NCBI GenBank assembly: GCA_963822445.1
Contig: CAWGHO010000002.1
Location: forward strand, 1,984,001-2,048,000
Direction: 5' to 3'
Source of the DNA: an uncultured Acidobacteriota bacterium
GTDB lineage: Bacteria > Acidobacteriota > Thermoanaerobaculia > Gp7-AA8
DNA: 64,000 nucleotides
Shown: positions 42,464 through 57,258 of the stretch, piece by piece
Position numbering within the stretch: position 1 is the stretch's first letter
How the letters are laid out: the number at the start of each line of letters is the position of its first letter
Notes under the pieces: generated by a model
Seen by the model: only the letters and a program-made list of their open reading frames with translations
What the model was told of the DNA's origin: nothing
The model's database searches: none
Position numbers and translations under genes: made by a program

Positions 42464-44125
42464 ATGGCGGGCATGGGGCGCGTCGGCGCGGGAGCGGTGA
42501 TCGGCGCGGCCGTCGCGGCGGCGATTGCGCCATTTCTCGAGCCGCTGTTCGGCCCGCCGACAGGTGGCGTCGGCCTCCTGACCGTCCACGCGTATCCAAA
42601 AGGTTGGGATTACGCGGTCGTGGCGCTGCTGACGCTCGGCGCTTTCATCGGCGCGTGTAGTGTGGGCCTCCGGCCTACCTCTCCGGCGCCCGCCGCCGAA
42701 AAGGTGCGCGGAGTTTGGATTACGACCCTCGTCGTCTTCCTCCTCATGCTCTTCATCCACGACCACCCCCACGCCCTCATGGACCCCTTCCACGAAGGCG
42801 AGCACCTTACTCCCGGTTTCCTCTTCCAATCCGGCGAACGCCCTTTCCACGACGTCTTCGTTTTGCACGGTCTCGCCACGGACGGCGGTCTCGACGCGCT
42901 CGTTCTCGGCGATCCGCCATCGCCGCGTCGCGCGCGGCGGCTGCAGACTGTGCTTGATGCCGCGACTCTGGCGCTGCTCGTTCCGATCGCCGCGGAAGTC
43001 GTGGCGACGACGGCGGGTCTCGTCGCCGCGGTGCTGGCCTCGCTGTGTGCGACGGCGGCGTTCTGGGTTCCCGTCTTCCCCTACTTTCGCCTTGCGCCGG
43101 TTCTGATCGCGACGCTGGCGTTGCTGCGTTACGTCCGGACGAAGAGCCTCGTTCCGTTGTTCGTCGCGTTCTTCGCGTCGAGCGCCGGCTTGCTGTGGAG
43201 TCTCGACACGGGAACGTACGCCCTCGCGGGAACGGCGATCGTGGCCGCGCTCGTCGCCCGGAAGCGCGCGCTGTGGCTCCTGGCGTTCCTGCTTCCGCTG
43301 GTGCTGCTGCCGCGGCAGTTCTGGATCGATTCCTTCGTGATCATCCCCCGTGCGATCGATGCGGTCTGGTCGCTGCCGGCGCCGAAACCGTTCACCGTCG
43401 AAGGCCTGCACTACTACCTGCCGCCGGCTTTCTACGGGTTCCTGCTCGCCCTCGCATGGAAGCGGCGCGACCTGCGGATGGCGATCATCACTATCTTCGC
43501 TTTGCTCCTCTTTCGCACGGCGACGGGGCGGGTGAGCTGGAGTCACACCCGCTACGCCGTGCCGCTCCTCGGCATCGCCGCGGTGACCTTCGTCGTCGAA
43601 CCGCTGAGGAAGAAGCGCGTGTTGAGTACGATCGCGGTCGTCCTGCTGATCGTCTACTTCGAAGTGCCGCAGAACCTCGCCGCGGGCGGCAAGCTGCTCG
43701 CGGGCTGGCGCGCGCGACAGAAGCACGAAGGCCTCGTTCGCTATCCCTTCGCCACGGGCAAGGGCATTTACACCACCGAGCAGAACGCGAAAGAGCTGGC
43801 CGCGCTCAACGGCATGATCGAGTCGCTGGGCAAGGGTCCGATCCTCGACTTCAGCAACGAGCGCGCGCTGTACTACCTCATGCAGCGCAAGCCGCCGATG
43901 CGCTGCTTCGACATCCCCATGCTGTCGAATCCGGATCTGCTGGCCGAGGCGATGGGGGAGCTGGCTGCGAACCCGCCGGTTGCGGTGATCCTCGGCGGCG
44001 ATCCGAACGTGGCCACCTTCGACGGCGTCCCGAATCGCGACCGCGTCCCGGATCTGGCCGCCTGGATCGATGCGAACTATCCGCGGCGGTTCGAGGTGGG
44101 GCGGTTCGTCGTGGCTGCGCCGTGA
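42464..44125 (+). CDS. GT-C-like multi-TM membrane protein
   Basis: DPFHEGEHL...GERPFHDVFVLHG, WSLDTG, many TMs, soluble C-terminus. Confidence 0.68.
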   Translation: MAGMGRVGAGAVIGAAVAAAIAPFLEPLFGPPTGGVGLLTVHAYPKGWDYAVVALLTLGAFIGACSVGLRPTSPAPAAEKVRGVWITTLVVFLLMLFIHDHPHALMDPFHEGEHLTPGFLFQSGERPFHDVFVLHGLATDGGLDALVLGDPPSPRRARRLQTVLDAATLALLVPIAAEVVATTAGLVAAVLASLCATAAFWVPVFPYFRLAPVLIATLALLRYVRTKSLVPLFVAFFASSAGLLWSLDTGTYALAGTAIVAALVARKRALWLLAFLLPLVLLPRQFWIDSFVIIPRAIDAVWSLPAPKPFTVEGLHYYLPPAFYGFLLALAWKRRDLRMAIITIFALLLFRTATGRVSWSHTRYAVPLLGIAAVTFVVEPLRKKRVLSTIAVVLLIVYFEVPQNLAAGGKLLAGWRARQKHEGLVRYPFATGKGIYTTEQNAKELAALNGMIESLGKGPILDFSNERALYYLMQRKPPMRCFDIPMLSNPDLLAEAMGELAANPPVAVILGGDPNVATFDGVPNRDRVPDLAAWIDANYPRRFEVGRFVVAAP

Positions 44126-44165
44126 AAGGGGACGCCCCTGGTCGTTCCTTTAAACTAGCCGACCT

Positions 44166-44531
44166 ATGCCGACGCACATTCAACAGCCGTCCATCGTTCA
44201 GGCCGCCGGGAACAAGCCGAAGATCATCGAGGAGTACATCGGCCGAGTGAACTCGGGCACCGAAGGGGTGAGCGTGGCCCGCATGAAGAGTCCGAGCGGG
44301 TGGGTGGAGCCTGGCCAGACCCCGGAGTTCGACGAGTACACAGTCGTCCTCCGCGGCACGCTCCGGGTGACCAGTCAGGGCGGCGGCTCGATCGACGTCC
44401 AGGCCGGCCAGGGAGTCATCGCCCACGCCGGCGAATGGGTGCAGTACTCGACGCCCGGGCCGGAAGGGGCGGAGTACGTCGCCGTTTGCCTGCCCGCGTT
44501 TTCTCCCGGAACCGTGCACCGCGATGCGTAG
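44166..44531 (+). CDS. Cupin domain protein
   Basis: EPGQTPEFDEYTVVLRG...AGEWVQYSTP. Confidence 0.85.
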   Translation: MPTHIQQPSIVQAAGNKPKIIEEYIGRVNSGTEGVSVARMKSPSGWVEPGQTPEFDEYTVVLRGTLRVTSQGGGSIDVQAGQGVIAHAGEWVQYSTPGPEGAEYVAVCLPAFSPGTVHRDA

Positions 44532-44620
44532 TTGCTCGGTTGCTGAGTTGCTGAGTTGCTGGGTTGCTGAGCAAAGGCCCCCAGGAACCCAGCAACCCAG
44601 CAACCCAGGAACCCAGCAAC
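44531..44620. repeat. Mirrored tandem octamer hairpin (GTTGCTGR x5 / CCAGSAAC x5)
   Basis: gttgctcg gttgctga gttgctga gttgctgg gttgctga - 10 nt - ccaggaac ccagcaac ccagcaac ccaggaac ccagcaac. Confidence 0.92.
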
Positions 44621-44621
44621 C

Positions 44622-45545
44622 ATGAAACTCCTCGTCCTCTCTGAACACGACGTCAACGAGCTCCTCACCATGAGCGAGTGCATCGCCGTGATGGAGGACG
44701 CCCTCGCCGCGCTGGCCCGTGGGGAGGTTCACAACCCCTTGCGGCAGAAGGTCCACGCGGCCGGCGCTCCCGGCCTCCTCGGGTTGATGTCGGCCTGGCG
44801 GGGCGGTGAGCAGCCGTACTACGCGCTCAAGGAAGTGTGCGTGTTCCCCCAGAACCCAAAACGCGGCCTGGACACCCACCTCGGCGCGGTCATCCTTCAC
44901 AGCGGGGAGACCGGCGAGCCTCTGGCGATCGTCAACGCCGCGGCTGTGACCGCCATCCGCACGGCGGCCGTTTCCGCGGTTGCCACGAAGCTCCTCGCCC
45001 GTCCCGACGCGTCCGTTCTGGCGATTCTCGGCACCGGCGTCCAGGCGAAGAGTCACCGCGAGGCCATCCCGCTGGTCCGGCCGATCAGGGAGATCCGGAT
45101 GTGCGGTCGGGAGGGGAACGCCGAGGAGACCGTGCGTGGGGCCGATATCGTCGTGACCGCCACGAATTCGCGCGAGCCGGTGCTGCGCCGCGAATGGCTG
45201 AGCCCGGGCGTGCACATCAACGCAGTCGGGTCCAGTATTGCCGCCGCCCGCGAGCTCGACGGCGCTACGGTCGCGGCCGCTTCGCTCTTCGTCGACCGCC
45301 GCGAGTCCACAATCAATGAATCGGGCGATTACCTCTTCGCCGTCGTCGATGGCGCCATCAGCGGCCCCGACCACATCAAAGCCGAGCTCGGCGAGATTCT
45401 GACCGGTACCGCAACCGGCCGGAAATCAGATGACGAAATCACGCTGTTCAAGTCCCTCGGCCTGGCCATCGAAGATCTGGCGTCAGCCGCGTTTCTCTAC
45501 GAAAAAGCGCGGGCGGAGGGGCGGGGCGTTTGGGTGGACTTCTAA
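44622..45545 (+). CDS. Ornithine cyclodeaminase/mu-crystallin family protein
   Basis: TAIRTAAVSAVA, LGTGVQA, HINAVG, FKSLGLAIEDL. Confidence 0.92.
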   Translation: MKLLVLSEHDVNELLTMSECIAVMEDALAALARGEVHNPLRQKVHAAGAPGLLGLMSAWRGGEQPYYALKEVCVFPQNPKRGLDTHLGAVILHSGETGEPLAIVNAAAVTAIRTAAVSAVATKLLARPDASVLAILGTGVQAKSHREAIPLVRPIREIRMCGREGNAEETVRGADIVVTATNSREPVLRREWLSPGVHINAVGSSIAAARELDGATVAAASLFVDRRESTINESGDYLFAVVDGAISGPDHIKAELGEILTGTATGRKSDDEITLFKSLGLAIEDLASAAFLYEKARAEGRGVWVDF

Positions 45546-45588
45546 GCGGAATAAGAGGTTAGCGCCTCAGGTTGAGCCAGTTCCGGAC

Positions 45589-45617
45589 TTGACAAAGCCG
45601 ACCCACGTGCCTAAAGT
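45589..45617 (+). promoter_or_regulatory. str operon promoter
   Basis: TTGACA-17 nt-TAAAGT, 74 nt upstream of rpsL. Confidence 0.8.
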
Positions 45618-45691
45618 GCGCGGGTTTTCCCTTCCGGGAGCAGTCTTTTCGCTGTAGGTGTCTTCAGAGTAATCAGAAGGATAAGCAACGA

Positions 45692-46069
45692 ATGCCAACG
45701 ATCAACCAGCTTGTCGCGCGCGGCCGTGATGCCGTCAAGTACAAGACGAAGTCTCCGGCCCTGCAGTCCAGCCCGCAGAAGCGTGGCGTCTGCACCCGCG
45801 TGTACACCTCGACGCCCAAGAAGCCGAACTCGGCCCTCCGCAAGGTCGCCCGTGTGCGCCTGACCAACGGCGTCGAAGTGACCACCTACATCCCCGGCGT
45901 CGGCCACAACCTGCAGGAGCACTCGATCGTGCTCATTCGCGGTGGCCGTGTGAAGGACCTGCCGGGTGTTCGTTACCACGTCATCCGCGGAACGCTGGAC
46001 GCCGTCGGCGTCGCCAAGCGCAACCAGAGCCGCTCCAAGTACGGGGCGAAACGACCCAAGAAGGCGTAA
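45692..46069 (+). CDS. rpsL: 30S ribosomal protein S12
   Basis: [30 protein letters not shown]. Confidence 0.99.
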   Translation: MPTINQLVARGRDAVKYKTKSPALQSSPQKRGVCTRVYTSTPKKPNSALRKVARVRLTNGVEVTTYIPGVGHNLQEHSIVLIRGGRVKDLPGVRYHVIRGTLDAVGVAKRNQSRSKYGAKRPKKA

Positions 46070-46074
46070 CCACG

Positions 46075-46545
46075 ATGCCGAGACGCAGAGAAGTTCCGAA
46101 ACGCGAGATCCTTCCGGATCCGGTTTACAACAGCCAGCTCATCACCAAGTTCATCAACTCGCTGATGTCCGACGGGAAGAAGTCCGTCGCCGAGCGCGTG
46201 TTCTACGGCGCGCTGAAGAAGGTCGAGGATCGCGCGAAAGACGATCCGCTCAAGGTCTTCAAGAAGGCGGTCGACAACGTCAAGCCGGCGCTCGAAGTGA
46301 AGAGCCGCCGCGTCGGTGGCTCGAACTACCAGGTGCCGATCGAGGTCCGTCCGACCCGCCGCACCGCTCTGGCCATCCGCTGGCTGATCAGCTATGCCGC
46401 CGCGCGCGGTGAGAAGACCATGCAGGACAAGCTCGCGGGCGAGATTCTCGACGCCGCGAACAACCGTGGCAACGCGATCAAGAAGCGCGAAGACACGCAC
46501 AAGATGGCGGAAGCCAACAAGGCATTCGCACACTATCGGTGGTAA
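46075..46545 (+). CDS. rpsG: 30S ribosomal protein S7
   Basis: [29 protein letters not shown]. Confidence 0.99.
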   Translation: MPRRREVPKREILPDPVYNSQLITKFINSLMSDGKKSVAERVFYGALKKVEDRAKDDPLKVFKKAVDNVKPALEVKSRRVGGSNYQVPIEVRPTRRTALAIRWLISYAAARGEKTMQDKLAGEILDAANNRGNAIKKREDTHKMAEANKAFAHYRW

Positions 46546-46702
46546 ACTCTCCGGCCCTTCGGGGTTGGATTTTACGGTCGGATGCCTTAATCCGGCCCCC
46601 AACATCTAGCAGCTTTCCGTAGCTCCGTCTCGACCGGATAACACAGAACAGGTTCTGCGGTTCCGGACCGAGCAACGGGAAACCTAAAACTCGACTGAAT
46701 CA

Positions 46703-46763
46703 CGTGTGGCCTCAGGCCTCCGTGTCTGCCATTTGGAGGCAGGCTGGAAGCCCGCACCACACG
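46703..46763. repeat. Degenerate REP doublet in the rpsG-fusA spacer
   Basis: cgtgtgg...ggcctcc..tctgcc - atttgga - ggcaggctggaagcccgcaccacacg, imperfect inverted pair. Confidence 0.55.
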
Positions 46764-46792
46764 GTGTCCGCGGTAGAAGAAGAACACTCAAA

Positions 46793-48884
<2,092 letters not shown>

Positions 48885-48931
48885 TCTCAGCGACTACACC
48901 AGTCGGATTAGAACAGGGAGGTTAGATTCAC

Positions 48932-50122
<1,191 letters not shown>

Positions 50123-50131
50123 CTCACACGA

Positions 50132-50167
50132 TGGGCGCCGGTCATACGCCGGCGCCCACTGTTCTTT
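50132..50167 (+). terminator. Hairpin after tuf (terminator/attenuator or processing site)
   Basis: tgggcgccgg-tcatacg-ccggcgccca followed by ctgttcttt. Confidence 0.6.
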
Positions 50168-50182
50168 GAGGAAAACGACATC

Positions 50183-50500
50183 ATGATGAACGAAAAGATC
50201 CGCATCCGACTCAAGGCTTACGACTACCGCGTGCTCGACCAGTCGACGTCCGAAATCGTCGACACGGCCAAGCGCACGGGGGCCAAGGTGGCGGGACCGA
50301 TCCCCCTGCCGACGCAGATCTCCAAGTACACGGTTCTGCGCTCGCCGCACGTCGACAAGAAGTCGCGTGAGCAGTTCGAGATGCGGACCCACAAGCGGCT
50401 GCTCGACATTCTCGAGCCGACGACGCAGACGGTCGACGCGCTCATGAAGCTCGAGCTCCCGGCCGGCGTCGACGTCGAGATCAAGGCGTTCGGCAAATAG
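50183..50500 (+). CDS. rpsJ: 30S ribosomal protein S10
   Basis: [29 protein letters not shown]. Confidence 0.99.
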   Translation: MMNEKIRIRLKAYDYRVLDQSTSEIVDTAKRTGAKVAGPIPLPTQISKYTVLRSPHVDKKSREQFEMRTHKRLLDILEPTTQTVDALMKLELPAGVDVEIKAFGK

Positions 50501-50546
50501 ACCACATGAACCGGAGCACTCCGGTTCCAAGTGAAAGAACAGACAA

Positions 50547-51189
50547 ATGGCAATCGAAGGAATCATTGGCAAGAAGGTCGGAATGACCCAGGTGTTCGCC
50601 GCGGACGGAGCACTCGTCCCGGTCACCGTCATCCAGGCCGGACCGTGCCTCGTCGTCCAGAAGAAGACGTCCGAGAAGGACGGCTACGACGCCGTGCAGA
50701 TCGGGCTGGTCGAGAAGGTCTCGAACCGCCGCATCACTTCGGCGATGCGCGGCCATTTCGAGAAGGCCGGCGTCCAGCCGCTGCGCACGCTCGCCGAAGT
50801 CGACGTACTCGGGCGACGTCAACATCGGCGACCGGGTCCAGGCCGACCTCTTCAAGGAAGGCGATGCGATCGACGTGGTCGGTCAGTCCAAAGGCAAGGG
50901 TTACCAGGGCGTGGTCAAGCGCCACGGGTTCGCGGGTGGTCGTGAGTCGCACGGCTCGATGTTCCACCGCGCTCCCGGCTCGATCGGCGCGTCGGCGTTT
51001 CCGTCGCGCGTCATGAAGGGCATGCGCATGGCCGGCCGGATGGGCGGCGATCAGGTCACGGTCAAGAACCTCCGCGTGGCGAAGGTCGATGCCGAGAACA
51101 ACCTGCTCTACGTCCGCGGCGCAGTCCCGGGCGGCCGCAACGGACTCGTCTTCGTACGGTTCTCCAAGAACGGGAAGCGGGGCGAATAA
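50547..51189 (+). CDS. rplC: 50S ribosomal protein L3 (one +1 frameshift near 50804)
   Basis: [10 protein letters not shown] in ORF 50547; [21 protein letters not shown] in ORF 50875. Confidence 0.96.
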
Positions 51190-51191
51190 CC

Positions 51192-51824
51192 ATGCCGACC
51201 ATTGACATCAAAGACTGGAACAACAAGAAGGTCGGGTCGGTCGATCTGTCCGACGACATCTTCGGCTATCCGTACAAAGAGCACCTCATTCACGAGGCAG
51301 TGCGCAACTACCTCGCCGGTCTCCGCCAGGGAACGCACAAGACCAAGACCCGCTCGGAAGTCGCGGGCTCGGGCAAGAAGCCGTTCAAGCAGAAGGGCAC
51401 CGGCCGCGCGCGTCAGGGCGGCAGCCGTCCGCCGATCCACCGCCACGGCGGCACGGTCTTCGGTCCGCAGCCGCGCGACTACTCCTACAAGATGAACACG
51501 AAGGAGAAGAAGGCCGCCCTCAAGTCGGCTCTCTCCCAGCGCGTGAAGGAAGGGAAGTTCGTGGTCGTCTCCGACATGTCGGTCGACGAAGCGAAGACCA
51601 AGTCCTTCGCCGCGAAGGTCGCCAACATCGGCGTGGAGGGGAAGGCTCTTCTCATCGACACGGCCGAGAACACCAACGCCCTGCTCGCGTCCCGCAACAA
51701 CCCGAAGCTGCATTTCGTCGACGCCCTGCACGTGAACGTGTACGACGTGGTGAACAGCCGCTACGTCGTCCTGAGCCAGGCCGCGCTCGATCGTCTGACG
51801 GAGGCACTCAGCAATGAACGCTAA
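51192..51824 (+). CDS. rplD: 50S ribosomal protein L4
   Basis: [22 protein letters not shown]. Confidence 0.98.
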   Translation: MPTIDIKDWNNKKVGSVDLSDDIFGYPYKEHLIHEAVRNYLAGLRQGTHKTKTRSEVAGSGKKPFKQKGTGRARQGGSRPPIHRHGGTVFGPQPRDYSYKMNTKEKKAALKSALSQRVKEGKFVVVSDMSVDEAKTKSFAAKVANIGVEGKALLIDTAENTNALLASRNNPKLHFVDALHVNVYDVVNSRYVVLSQAALDRLTEALSNER

Positions 51825-52104
51825 TCAGATCATCCGCCGGCCGCTGGTCACCGAGAAGTCGACCATGCTCCGCGAAGACACCAACGTCATCGCCTTCGAA
51901 GTCGATCCGCACGCGAACAAGATCGAGGTCAAGAAGGCCGTCGAAGAGCTGTTCAAGGTCAAGGTCGAAGAGGTCCGCCTCTTCAACGTCCGCGGAAAGA
52001 TGAAGCGGATGGGCCGCTGGGCAGGCAAGCGCCGCGACTGGCGCAAAGCCTACGTCCGGCTCAAGGAAGGCGAGAAGGCGCCCGATTTCGTCGAGGGCGT
52101 GTAA
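51814..52104 (+). CDS. rplW: 50S ribosomal protein L23
   Basis: [26 protein letters not shown]. Confidence 0.98.
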   Translation: MNANQIIRRPLVTEKSTMLREDTNVIAFEVDPHANKIEVKKAVEELFKVKVEEVRLFNVRGKMKRMGRWAGKRRDWRKAYVRLKEGEKAPDFVEGV

Positions 52105-52134
52105 TCGCACCGTAGCCGATAAGAAAGAAAAACT

Positions 52135-52959
<825 letters not shown>

Positions 52960-53251
52960 ATGCGCTCACAGAAAAAAGGTGCATTCGTCGACGACCATCT
53001 GACCAAGAAGGTCGAGGCGATGAACAAGCGAGCGCGACAAGAAGGTCATCAAGACCTGGTCGCGCCGCTCCACGGTCATCCCGGAGATGGTCGGCCACAC
53101 GATCGCGGTCCACAACGGCCGCAAGTTCACGCCGGTGTACGTCTCCGAGAACATGGTCGGCCACAAGCTGGGCGAGTTCGCGCTCACCCGCACGTTCAAG
53201 GGACACAGCGGCAAGAAGGTCGAGAAGACCGCCAAGCCTGCTGGCAAATAA
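52960..53251 (+). CDS. rpsS: 30S ribosomal protein S19 (one +1 frameshift near 53030)
   Basis: [14 protein letters not shown] then [29 protein letters not shown] in the next frame; TAA at 53249-53251. Confidence 0.95.
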
Positions 53252-53260
53252 GCGGAGAAC

Positions 53261-53656
53261 ATGATGGAAGCAACGGCAACTCTCAGATACCTCAAAGCCT
53301 CGCCGCAGAAGGTGCGCCTGGTGGCGGACCTGGTGCGCGGCAAGAAGGTCGAGGAAGCGCTCAGCATCCTCCGCTTCACCCGCAAGGGCTGCGCGAAGGA
53401 CCTGGAGAAGCTCCTCCGCTCGGCCGTGGCGAACGCGGAGAACAAGGAAACGAACGTCGACACCGACGATCTGGTGGTCTCGAAGATCTACGTGAACGAG
53501 GGACCGCGCGAGAAGCGCGTGCAGCCGGCTCCGATGGGCCGCGCCTACCGCATTCAGAAGCGCAAGGCCCACGTGACGGTGCATGTCTCGGACGAAGTCA
53601 AAGCGGTCAACGAGCGGAGCGGTGGCAAGCAAACCCGCGCCCGCGCCAGAAAGTAA
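53261..53656 (+). CDS. rplV: 50S ribosomal protein L22
   Basis: SPQKVRLVADLVRG, SAVANAE. Confidence 0.98.
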   Translation: MMEATATLRYLKASPQKVRLVADLVRGKKVEEALSILRFTRKGCAKDLEKLLRSAVANAENKETNVDTDDLVVSKIYVNEGPREKRVQPAPMGRAYRIQKRKAHVTVHVSDEVKAVNERSGGKQTRARARK

Positions 53657-53668
53657 CGGAGGCTACTC

Positions 53669-54319
<651 letters not shown>

Positions 54320-54347
54320 CCCGAACAGAGTCTAGGAGAAACGCATC

Positions 54348-54772
<425 letters not shown>

Positions 54773-54773
<1 letters not shown>

Positions 54774-54985
54774 TGGCCAGCAAGAAGACACTCAGCACGC
54801 TCAAAGACAAGAGCATCGACGAGCTCCGCAACCGTGAGCGCGACCTGAAGGAGCAGCTCTTCAAGCTGCGCTTCCAGCGCGCCACCGGCCGGATCGAGAA
54901 CCCCATGAAGATGCGGCAGGTCCGCCGCGAGATCGCGCAGATCGAAACGCTGCTCAACGAGCGCAATCGCGCGACGAACGCCTAA
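54773..54985 (+). CDS. rpmC: 50S ribosomal protein L29
   Basis: LFKLRFQ.ATG..ENP, VRREIA. Confidence 0.96.
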
Positions 54986-54996
54986 GGAATACGCAG

Positions 54997-55281
54997 ATGG
55001 CAACGAAGGAAACGAAGAACGAGTCGCAGGCCGCGCAGAACAAGCGGACCAAGACCGGCGTGGTGGTCTCGAACAAGATGCAGAAGACCGTCGTCGTCGC
55101 CGTGGAAAACCTGGTCAAGCACGGGATGTATCAGAAGTACATCAAGCGCACGAGCAAGTTCCTCGCGCACAGCGAACAGCCGGACATCAAGATCGGCGAT
55201 CGCGTGGTGATCGAGGAGACCCGTCCGCTGTCCAAGCGGAAGCGGTGGAACGTCCGCGAAGTCATGGAGAAGTCGTCATGA
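54997..55281 (+). CDS. rpsQ: 30S ribosomal protein S17
   Basis: [25 protein letters not shown]. Confidence 0.98.
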   Translation: MATKETKNESQAAQNKRTKTGVVVSNKMQKTVVVAVENLVKHGMYQKYIKRTSKFLAHSEQPDIKIGDRVVIEETRPLSKRKRWNVREVMEKSS

Positions 55282-55649
55282 TCCAGATGGGAACGGTTCT
55301 CCAGGTCGCCGACAACACCGGCGCCAAGAAAATCGCCTGCATCAAGATGCTGGGCGGCTCCACGGCCGGCCAGTACGCGCGGGTGGGCGACGTCATCACC
55401 GCCTCGGTCAAGGAAGCCTCGCCGGACGGCACGGTCAAGAAGGGTGCGGTCGTCAAGGCCGTCATCGTCCGGACCGTGAAAGAGACCCGCCGCCGCGACG
55501 GTTCGTACATCAAGTTCGACGACAACGCGGCCGTTCTGATCAATGACGCGCGCGAGCCGGTAGGCACGCGTGTGTTCGGCCCGGTGGCCCGCGAGCTTCG
55601 TGAGCGCAAGTTCATGAAGATCATCTCGCTGGCCCCCGAAGTCATCTAA
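55278..55649 (+). CDS. rplN: 50S ribosomal protein L14
   Basis: [23 protein letters not shown]. Confidence 0.99.
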   Translation: MIQMGTVLQVADNTGAKKIACIKMLGGSTAGQYARVGDVITASVKEASPDGTVKKGAVVKAVIVRTVKETRRRDGSYIKFDDNAAVLINDAREPVGTRVFGPVARELRERKFMKIISLAPEVI

Positions 55650-55661
55650 AGGAAAAGCAGC

Positions 55662-56027
55662 ATGTACGGGAAAGCCACTTCGAAATTCAAACCAGAGCCG
55701 CCGAAACCGCACGTGAAGAAGGGCGACACCGTCGTCGTTCTCTCGGGCAAGGACGCGGGCAAGCAGGGACGCGTTCTGCGCGTCCTGTCCGCCAAGGGCA
55801 AGGCCATCGTCGAGCGGGTGAACTTCACCAAGAAGCACACCCGTCCGAACCCCGGCAAGAACGTCAAGGGCGGCATCCTCGAGCGCGAGTCGCCGATCTC
55901 GGTCGACAAGCTCCAGGTGGTCTGTCCGAGCTGTAACGAGCCGGCCCGCCTCGGCTCACACCGCAACGAAGAAGGCGTCGCGATCCGTTTCTGCCGCAAG
56001 TGCAAAGCGGATCTCGGCGGCAAGTAG
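55662..56027 (+). CDS. rplX: 50S ribosomal protein L24
   Basis: KKGDTVVVLSGKDAGKQG KOW motif. Confidence 0.97.
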   Translation: MYGKATSKFKPEPPKPHVKKGDTVVVLSGKDAGKQGRVLRVLSAKGKAIVERVNFTKKHTRPNPGKNVKGGILERESPISVDKLQVVCPSCNEPARLGSHRNEEGVAIRFCRKCKADLGGK

Positions 56028-56074
56028 CCAGTCACCGGATTCGTACAACGCCGAATCCATAAAGAGGAACCACG

Positions 56075-56617
56075 ATGGCACCAAGACTCAAAGAGCGGTA
56101 CCTGAACGAAGTCCGGAAGCGGATTCAGGACGAGTTCGGGATCAAGAACCCCATGGCAATTCCGAAGATCGAGAAGGTCGTGCTCAACATGGGCATGGGC
56201 GAGGCCATCTCGAACGCGAAGATCCTCGACACGGCCGTCGAGGAGCTCTCGACGATCACCGGCCAGAAGCCGGTGGTGACCAAGGCCAAGAAGTCGATCG
56301 CCAGCTTCAAGCTCCGTGAAGGGCAGTCCATCGGCACGATGGTCACGCTTCGCGGCGAAAAGATGTACGAGTTTCTCGACCGTCTGATCAACATCGCTCT
56401 TCCGCGCGTCCGCGACTTCCGCGGCGTGCCGGCGAAGTCGTTCGACGGCCGCGGCAATTACACCCTCGGCATTCGCGACCACCTGATCTTTCCGGAGATC
56501 GACGCGGGCAAGGTCGACAAGGCGAAGGGCATGAACATCACCATCGTGACGAGCGCGAAGAACGACGACCAGGCTCGTTTCCTTCTCCGCGAGCTCGGGA
56601 TGCCTTTCGGCAAGTAA
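56075..56617 (+). CDS. rplE: 50S ribosomal protein L5
   Basis: [23 protein letters not shown]. Confidence 0.99.
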   Translation: MAPRLKERYLNEVRKRIQDEFGIKNPMAIPKIEKVVLNMGMGEAISNAKILDTAVEELSTITGQKPVVTKAKKSIASFKLREGQSIGTMVTLRGEKMYEFLDRLINIALPRVRDFRGVPAKSFDGRGNYTLGIRDHLIFPEIDAGKVDKAKGMNITIVTSAKNDDQARFLLRELGMPFGK

Positions 56618-56630
56618 GAGGAAAGATCAA

Positions 56631-56816
56631 ATGGCCAAGACCTCAATGATCGTGAAGGCGGAGCGGAAGCCGAAGTTCTCGACTCGCCAGCGCAACCGCT
56701 GCAAGCAGTGCGGACGTCCGCGTGGATTTCTGCGCAAGTTCCAGCTTTGCCGCATCTGCTTCCGCATGCTCTCGCTCGGTGGATACATCCCCGGCGTGAC
56801 GAAATCGAGCTGGTAG
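56631..56816 (+). CDS. rpsN: 30S ribosomal protein S14, zinc-binding type Z
   Basis: 61 aa, CKQCGRPR...[12 protein letters not shown]. Confidence 0.98.
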   Translation: MAKTSMIVKAERKPKFSTRQRNRCKQCGRPRGFLRKFQLCRICFRMLSLGGYIPGVTKSSW

Positions 56817-56843
56817 CTCGGACTGATTACAGGAGCAACACAC

Positions 56844-57248
56844 ATGTCGATGACAGATCCCATCGCGGACATGCTCACCAGAATCCGGAACGGAATTCAG
56901 GCGCACCATGACCGCATCGAGCTGCCCACCTCCAAGCTGAAGGTGGAAGTGGCGCGCATCCTCAAGTCCGAGGGTTTCATTGCGAACTTCAAAGAGGTGA
57001 GCGAGGACGGCAAGCCCCAGGGCACCCTCCGCGTGTACCTCAAGTACTCGGAAGACGGCGAGCCGGTCATTCACGGCATCGAGCGGGTCTCGCGCCCCGG
57101 CCGTCGCGTCTATCGCGGCAAGGAAGAGATCCCCGCGGTCCTGGGCGGACTCGGCCTCGCCATCGTCTCCACGTCCAAGGGCGTGCTCTCGGGTACCGAG
57201 GCCGCTCGCCAGGGCGTCGGCGGCGAAGTCCTCTGCCAGGTCTGGTAA
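56844..57248 (+). CDS. rpsH: 30S ribosomal protein S8
   Basis: DPIADMLTRIRN, SRPGRRVY, GGEVLC. Confidence 0.99.
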   Translation: MSMTDPIADMLTRIRNGIQAHHDRIELPTSKLKVEVARILKSEGFIANFKEVSEDGKPQGTLRVYLKYSEDGEPVIHGIERVSRPGRRVYRGKEEIPAVLGGLGLAIVSTSKGVLSGTEAARQGVGGEVLCQVW

Positions 57249-57258
57249 GGAGCTGCAC

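Noticed and set aside
19664-44125. Lincosamide antibiotic cluster or integrative mobile island
   Set aside because: No amino-acid activation/condensation, aminotransferase or resistance genes, and no integrase, transposase or att repeats; context is envelope glycosylation.
45692-46069. Streptomycin-resistance allele of rpsL
   Set aside because: The PKKPNSA and RVKDLP motifs are wild type.
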